Shown here: positions 55,797 to 64,000 of the stretch, one piece after another | Position numbering within the stretch: position 1 is the stretch's first letter | Layout: the number at the start of each line of letters is the position of its first letter | Origin: the human T2T-CHM13v2.0 reference genome, Homo sapiens | Assembly: GCF_009914755.1 (NCBI RefSeq) | Contig: NC_060931.1 | Reading direction: 5' to 3' (one strand) | DNA: 64,000 nucleotides | Position numbers and translations under genes: made by a program | Notes under the pieces: model-generated | Told to the model about the DNA's origin: nothing | The model's input: the letters and a program-made list of their open reading frames with translations, nothing else | Databases searched by the model: none

Positions 55797-56102
<306 letters not shown>

Positions 56103-56734
56103 AAGACACAAAGAGTGAGACACCAGGAACTTTTCTGTCTTGACAAGGGGGAGAAGGAGCAATAAGTACCCATATCGCCCTTTTATAAATGAGCCCTGAA
56201 AGTTCAGATCTTTTACTTTGTGTCCCCATTCATCTGTAAGTACTTTCTTGGTCGGTTCATGTTGTTCCCCAGGAGAATGGTATTGTTTAATTTGTGGGGA
56301 AAATTTTGCTCGAAATTTTTATGAGAAGCCTTGAAAAATTAGTAGCTTTGACGGAATGTAATTGCTAGCTCAAGGACAATGAGCTAAAACTCTCCACCAT
56401 CCACTATTCTCATTTTACTCTTCAGGAGATTAAGGGAAGTCTAGATGACATGAACAGAAAAAAGTAAAATCATACAAGGTAAATCTAATGAAACCAGTAC
56501 TTGAAGCTGGGGAGCTTCATACTTCGTTTTATGAAATGAGAATGTTAGCAACAACCTAGGGGGATCCTCTTCCCATTAACAACGTGTTCAGTATAATGTG
56601 TTTCTGTGCTTTGGTCTCAGCTGTAAATCCTGACCTTCATGCTAAGCATTAGTTAGAATTGTAGTAGGAACTAAATATGTGTATGCTCTGCATACTTTTT
56701 GTTTTGTTATTGGGATTCTAAATTTAACTTAAAA

Positions 56735-56995
56735 TTTTTTTACTTTTACTTTTAAAAAAAATAGATTTAGGGGGTACAAGTGCGGTTGTGTTACATGGAT
56801 ATATTGCATAGTGGAGAAGTCTGGGATTTTAGTGTACCCATCACCGAAATAGTGAACCTTGTACCCAACAGGTATTTTTTTCCACCCTCACCCTGCCCTC
56901 CACCTTTTGTAGTCCGCAGTGTCTGTTATTCCACCTGTATGTCCATGTGTAATCATTTTTTTTTTTTTTTTAGCTCCCACTTGTAAGTGTGAACG
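56735..56995 (-). mobile_element. L1PB/L1MA 3' fragment
   Basis: gggggtacaagtgc..gttacatggatatattgcatagtgg..tttagctcccactt. Confidence 0.75.
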
Positions 56996-58042
56996 TGCTG
57001 AGTTTGACTTCAAAGGAAAAGCAGAAACCTTACTTTAAGCTCAAAGACAACTAATTGTACCTCTGGCTTAAGCTCCTTTATTTTAACTAAGTGAGGAGAG
57101 TTAACTACCTGTTTTCACAATGTCTTCTACTAGTCAAAGAGCCCTAAATAAAGTGAATTTCAGGTGTTACATTTCCTTAAAGACTTTAGAGCTATGTAGG
57201 AACAATTGATAGCTAAATCTGTAATTAACTTGGAGTGGTCCACAATGTGACTTATTTTTGGCAGTAATCATCATATGTAGTAACAGAGATCATACTGTAG
57301 GCCTTTTGATTGATGAATGAATATTTCTTTGTCAATTTTAGTGGAAATTAACAATATTATGCTGGTTCTCCCACAGAGGAAGTTCAGACTTAATAATAAG
57401 ATACTGCTGACCCTTCAAGAACTTGACTCTCTTACCTAATTTCTTTACTTCTCCAAGGAATTAAAATATGAAACCTGGGGATATAGTATGAAACCAGAAA
57501 TGGGAGGACCAATTCTTCATTATTGGTAAAAATAGGTACCAAAGAAAATAATTAAAATTTATATTTAATTTTAAAACTGAATTCAATCCAGTAAAATTAA
57601 CTTCTTACACTGATCTTTTTTTCCAGAGCTACTAAAGGTGGAAAATTGGCTTGAGGTTTAATGCAAATATGGCTTTCCTTTGCCATATATGTTTTATTAA
57701 TTTGGATTTCCCTAATGGGCATCTGTATATATACATACTCATGTACTCCTGTGTTTGGCTAGTCTTTTTTCAGAGGAGTCAGATTTACTCCAGTAATCTT
57801 ATTTCTTTAAAATCTTCTAATACTGTTTGTTATAGATTGGAATTCATTATTAGAAACTTAAATCTTGTATTCAATACGAATGACTTAGGTTCTGAACTAC
57901 CAAGCTGGCTTTACCTATTGAATGATTTTTTCATGGAAGATGAAAAGTACTCAAAGTAGAGCCACATTAATTTTGTAAAAGGGCATTTTTTTTTTTTTTA
58001 AGAAGGACTTCAGGATAGATTAGCAAAGGAAAATAGAGTTTT

Positions 58043-58335
58043 TTGTTTGTTTGCATTTGAGATGGAGTCTCGTTCTGTCGCCCAGGCTGGAGTGCAGTGG
58101 CACGATATCTGTTCCAACCTCCACCTCCTGGGTTCAAGTGATTCTCCGGCCTCAGCTCCCCAAGTAGCAGGGACTACAGGCACATGTCACCACGCCTGGC
58201 TAATTTTTGTATTTTTAGTAGAGGTGGAGTTTTGCCATGTTGGCCAGGCTGGTCTCGAACTCTTGACCTCAGGTGATCTCCCCACCTCAGCCTCCCAAAG
58301 TGCTGGGATTACAGGCATGAGGCACTGTGTCTGGC
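58043..58335 (-). mobile_element. AluSx-like (SP4 intron 3, antisense)
   Basis: TSD gaaaatagagtttt. Confidence 0.92.
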
Positions 58336-59649
58336 TGAAAATAGAGTTTTAATCATCTGCTTTTCAAATTCTGAATCGGAATATATAATGAGTAATACTT
58401 AGGGAATATTGGGGCAGGCATGAAAGCAGGTTGAGGATATTGGGGCAGGCATGAAAGCACTCACAGCTCTAAATTTACTTAATCAAGAAGGAAGATAGGG
58501 AATGGTGCTACGCATAGATCTTGTAGAAATAACAGACTTACAAAATGATAGAATTGTAGGTGGAAAGAATCTTGGAGATTATGGCTCAGCAGTTGTAACC
58601 TTTTGATACTGCTGCTAAAGTCTATTTATAAAGGCATTTTGTGTTTTTACTGTTTGAAGTGAAAGCAGAAATATGGGTCGAAGATTCTGCACTGCTACAT
58701 TAAGTCAATCCTTACACAGTAAGGATTGACAGTAACGGGGGAACCTGGCCTAATATCAGAGTGTACACATATATGTGCTCTTCTGTACTTTTCTGATGCG
58801 GATTTGAGTTAAGATTGGCTGTTAAGATTGGATGTTCATAATGCTTGTCATTTTGCTACCTAGTGAAGGAGCAAATTGTGGCAAAGGAAACCTGTTGAAC
58901 CACAAATTGCTTATTTAAGTGTGTGGTGAGATGAGGGCTTAATGAAATTGTAGTTACTAAGGTAACTTAAAAATAAATGAGCCTCTTTCTCCCACCTTCT
59001 TTCCTTAGCCCTATTTTAGAAATGAAGAAATTGAAGCCCAGAAAGGTTAAATGACCCTCTTATATTTGATGGCAAAGTGAGGGCTAGAATCTTGACTTCT
59101 CCTCCAGTTGTCTTTCTACTGCATTTTTGGGTTTGCTTTTTGGAAGTCAAGATGATAAAAATGGATGTTATCCTAGGGTCAGAAGGAACTTTCAGATTCA
59201 GTTTCAGGCTAGTATCAATAACTTAAAATTTATGCTGCATGGTAAAAAGTGTCAGAAGATTTGGCATGAATAACACCTCAATTTTTTAAAACATTCTTAA
59301 CTTCAGACAAATGAGCTTGATAACCGTCCTTAGCAAAGTCCTTGAATGAATTATTGAGTAGTTGGCTCTTGAGCATTTTAAAAAAGAACCGAGGAATCAC
59401 TGGGAGCCACTATGGGTTCACTAAGAAACTAGGTTCATATCTTCTTTCTTTAGGATTTCCAGATGAGTATCCAAAGGAAATAATGTTAACATAATTTATC
59501 TTGATTTTAGTATTGATAGTTGTGGCCTCTTTGAAGGCTCATAGCTGGTTGCACAATTGAATGAAAAGTGGTAATTATTATTCACCTCCTTACGAGGTCT
59601 CACACTATGGCATGGGGTTCTAATTTTGATGTAGTTTGACATTTTTTTT

Positions 59650-60140
59650 TCAAATACCAGGTTGAAGGATGGCTGAATTTACTGAATTCAAATATGAGAC
59701 AAAGCTGGGAGGTGGTGCTTATATGATAGAACTGAGATTCAGAGTGATCTTAATAGGCTGAAATGGTGGGCCAGAATTAGTAAGATACATTTAACAGGTA
59801 AGATCCTCTCCTTAAGATGGAGGGAATTACATACCTACAAGGTAAAAAACCTGGCTTGGCAGGAGGACCTGTGAAAATGATTTGGGATGTATTGGCTTAA
59901 AATGAACTGAGAGTAGAATAAAGCTTCTGTACCTTGTGCTTGTGAGATACTTCTGCAATATTGTGCGCAGTACCGGGTGGCACATTTTAAATGGGACATT
60001 GACAGACTCGCAAATGTATCAAGAAGGATTCCCAGAATGAAGAATGTGGAAAACATTTCGTACTAGCAATAATCAAAGAACGGAGTTTTATCTTTAAAAG
60101 AAAACAAGAAATTGTGACAGCTGTCTTTAGATATATGAGG
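59650..60140 (+). mobile_element. CR1/L3 RT C-terminal fragment
   Basis: gacaaagctgggagg...attcagagtgatctt..aggctg..atggtgggcc resembles CR1 TKLGG..IQ.DL.RL..WA. Confidence 0.6.
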
Positions 60141-60760
60141 GGCTTTTTTTTTTTTTCTAACGTAGTTCTATAATTTTGTTTGGCCCTGGAAAAACATATG
60201 TATATGCACACACAAAGACAGACTAGAGTTACACAACAGTGGAATGGTTTGTTTCATTAAGTAGTGATCATTCATTAAAGATTGGATGTTCATCGGTCAA
60301 AGATTTTGTAGACTGCAGAAGAATTTCTTGTACCATATAGAAAATTTGCTTAAACTATAAACTCTGAGTCTTCTTCTAATTCTAAAATTTAAGGTCTATG
60401 AAATTAGAATATATATTTTATTTCGTTCTGGGTACTTCCATCCAGCACATGGCCAGAGTTCTCTGTAAGTCTTAAACTTACATGATTAAGTCTTTAGGGA
60501 TTTTTGTGAGGGAGATTGTGGGTGATATTTACCATTTTTTTTCATAGAGGCTGTATGAGGGTGAATTCTATTAAGCAATAAATGTAGCACTGTAATTCAT
60601 AAATTAATATATTTCTGTTCATTCTTAAATTTACTGTGTACTTAGGTGCTATTTTTCTATGTCGTTTCCTCTTTTATTTGGTGAATACCAAAACGTTAGT
60701 ATTTTAAACATATGCTTTAGTTCTGACACTGAATTTGTAGTTACGATATGTTATCTCGGT

Positions 60761-61270
60761 ATAGTAGTCTCCTCTTATCTGTGGGTTCTGTTACCTGTGG
60801 TCAACTATGGTCCAAAAATGTTAAATGGAATATTCTAGAAAAAAACAATTTACAAGTTTTAAATTACATGCCTTTCTGAGTAGTGTGGTGAAATCTCAGT
60901 CTGTCCAGGGTGAATGGGAATCTTCTCTTTGTCCAGTTATACCCTCTGTATATGCTAACAAGTCACTTAGTAACCTTCTCAACTGCTGTGGTATCACAGT
61001 GTGTTCAAGTATTTTTACTTTACATATTTATGGCCTGAAAGTGCAAAAGTAGTAATGCTGGCAATTTGGATATATCCAAGATAAGCCAAATATATGCCAA
61101 AGAGAAGTTGTTATCTCATACTTTGTGTAATTTATAAATTAAACTTTATCACAGGTATGTATGTATGTATGTATGAAAAAACAATATGTATAGGGTTCAG
61201 GCCATGGTTTCAGGGATCCAGTGGGGGTCTTGGAACATATTCCCCCCTCTGATAAGGGGGGACTGCTCTA
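60761..61270. mobile_element. MER44-like TcMar-Tigger element
   Basis: tagtagtctcctcttatc / gataaggggggactgct inverted ends; tggtcaact.tggtccaaaaat internal motif. Confidence 0.8.
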
Positions 61271-61746
61271 GCTCTTTAACCATAGTTGTGTTTCTGATAC
61301 TGTCACTTTAGTGTGAACAATGTGATTACTTTTTCTTGAGTGGAAATTAGAGAACAATTGGAAAATCTAGGATCCTAAAAGAGCCCAAATTGTGGGAAGC
61401 ACTCACAGCTGTAAATTTGTCAGTTTTCCCTACAGAGCAAGCAAATCTGTATGCCTTTTTTTTTAAGTTATTTATGCTGATCTTTTATTTGTATAAATTT
61501 GTTGGGTGCAAGTACAATTTTGTTACATCGATATGTTGTATAGTGGCGAAGGCAGGGCTTTTAGTGTGTGCATCACTGCAGGAATGTACACTGTACCCAT
61601 TAAGTAATTTCTCATTCCCTACTCCCCTCACACCCTCCTTTCTTTTCTTTCCTTTTTTTTTTTTTCCATGAACAGTCCTGCTGCAGTAGTCCCTTTCTTC
61701 ATGGCTCAGAATATCTGGTACAAAGGTGTTTTTTGAAAATGTTTGA

Positions 61747-62045
61747 GGCCAAGTGCAATGGCTCATCCTGGAATCTCAGTACTTTGGAAGGCTGAGGGAG
61801 GAGGATCACGTGAGCCCAGGAGCTTGAGACCAGCCTGGGCAACATAGTGAGACTGTACCTCTACGAAAAAAGGAAAAAGTAAAAAATCAGCTGGATGTGG
61901 TGGCCCATGTTTGTAGTCCCAGCCACTCAGGTGGCTGAGGCAGGAGGATTGCTTGAACTCAAGAGTTCTGTTTAAGGTTATAGTAAGCTATGATTGTCAC
62001 TGCACTCCAGTCTGGGTGAGAGAGTGAGACCTTGTCTCTTAAAAA
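61747..62045 (+). mobile_element. AluJ
   Basis: Diverged dimer. Confidence 0.88.
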
Positions 62046-62705
62046 TATGTCTCTCTGTATGTAAAATGTTTAAGACGCAAGAATCTTTCGAATAGAAAAA
62101 GTGATAATTCAGATTTATGAAGCTTCTCTTTTCCTCAGGGATGATAATAAAGTTAAGGAGGTAAGAAATACCTGTGCTTGATCAGAGGTATGGTTCTTAT
62201 AGTAGGTTTATTATTCGTGCAGACCACATGTACTTAGAGGCTTCGTAGAGCACAACACTAAGAATTAAAACTCACATTTTTGCTTGGGTACTCCCCGCCC
62301 CCACCAATTAGTTGTACCACTCTGGGCAAACATCATAATTGTAGTTCCATTCCTTTTTTTCATTTGCAAAATAGTGATATTAGTTCCTACCTTCTTTACC
62401 TCATAGAGTCTCAAAGATTAGGTAAGTTAATATGTATGAAAAGGCTTTGAATAATGTAAAGAAAACTGTATGCAGGAGGTGGTAACTTGGTGACATCTCT
62501 ACGTAGTGACACCCACTAGAAGAATGTGAAGTAGTAAAGTGGGGGAATGAGATATTTTAGGTATGGATATTAGCTTGAGTTATATGTCAGAGGTAAACGA
62601 GAAATTTGTATAAGAGGAATTTCAGAAAGCTTTGGTAAAGTGCAAGCAAGGGTGAGGTGAGGTGTATGGAGAGAGGTGTATTAACAGGTGGAAAAGAAGT
62701 GGTGT

Positions 62706-63050
<345 letters not shown>

Positions 63051-64000
63051 TCAGTATAGTAAGAACTAAATGTCTGCTGTCTGATTAACCCTTGTTAGGT
63101 TCTGAAGATACTAACTAAACCTGTCTTAAAATGATGCTTGTGTTCAGGAGAAAGATTTACATACATGAAACCATTATATGGCAGCTGCAACTACATATGA
63201 GAGTTTATACGTAAGTACTGGGTTTTGAGGCATGGAAAACAAGTGTGAGAGCTCAGAAGTCAGTGAGGTTAGTGGGGAGTAAACAAGAAAGGCTTTTTCT
63301 GGTGGAGATAGGACTTGAAATAGGCCTTAAAGATTGGTTTGGAAAGTGGACATTTGAGACTTTGGGGGTGACAGGTGAAGAGTGAGGATGGCTTGAGTCA
63401 AGCTGCTAAACTTGGAATGAGCTTGATGGGGACCAAAGATTGGAAAAGCACAAAGCTATCATGTGGAAGCTTTTAACTAACACAGGGAATGATGGGTTCT
63501 CTTCTGTGTGCTTCCTAGAGGCTTAGTGGTCTCACAGAGTAGCTCAGGGTTTGCCAACCAAACAGCCTTCCACTCCTGCATCAGCCACACAAGTGTGTTT
63601 TTTGAACCATTTCCTAACATTTTGTTTCAAGAAGAGATTGTGCCAAAATAATAATAATAAATAAATTTGAAAAACTTGAATCTAGTGGATTGGAGATATT
63701 GAGTAAAAATATTTGCAATGCAAATGATACTTATGAGAGTGTTTCTTTGTAGATAAAAGTGTAGAAAAGTTAGAAAGCAGGAGCTCAGATAAAAGGATGT
63801 TGTTGCAGTAATTTAGTTATGAATTCACAGTGGTCCCTAGAAAGGCTGTGGTAGTGAAGTAAATGGTTACTAAATATAAAAAACAGCTTGTTGAACTTTT
63901 CTAGGACCTACACTGGTGACGTGAAAGACATGGTAAGGGATTAGGTAAAAACATCAGGTTGGTTTGTTCTTTTCCCCTGCTCTGTATCAAGCATGGTAAT

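Overview
Human (primate) genomic DNA containing the 5' part of the SP4 transcription-factor gene on the + strand. It includes the CpG-island promoter (~48.9-50.9 kb), coding exon 1 (7 nt, 50390-50396), exon 2 (50815-50930), the 1555-nt exon 3 (51427-52981) and ~11 kb of intron 3; the zinc-finger exons lie beyond the window. The upstream ~48 kb is repeat-dense intergenic DNA: over 30 Alu/FAM elements, L1/L2/MIR/CR1 fragments, several solo LTRs (four MER21-like, two MER50-like, THE1, MST, LTR8, MER34/39-like, MER31-like), DNA-transposon fossils, a U1 snRNA retropseudogene and an Alu-interrupted RPL31 processed pseudogene. Almost all ORFs in the supplied track are Alu- or GC-content artefacts. 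I see no convincing new multi-gene system. The best leads are small-scale: (i) an out-of-frame upstream AUG 7 nt before the SP4 start that opens a spliced 28-codon overlapping ORF; (ii) a 43-nt LTR-derived perfect-looking hairpin that was retrotransposed on its own with an A-tail and 14-bp TSD; (iii) a 5'-truncated AluYb8-type insertion likely to be human-specific and possibly polymorphic; (iv) one old L1 carrying eight nested insertions. Repeat subfamily names come from remembered consensus sequences and need RepeatMasker/Dfam confirmation. Repeat boundaries are approximate unless a TSD is quoted.
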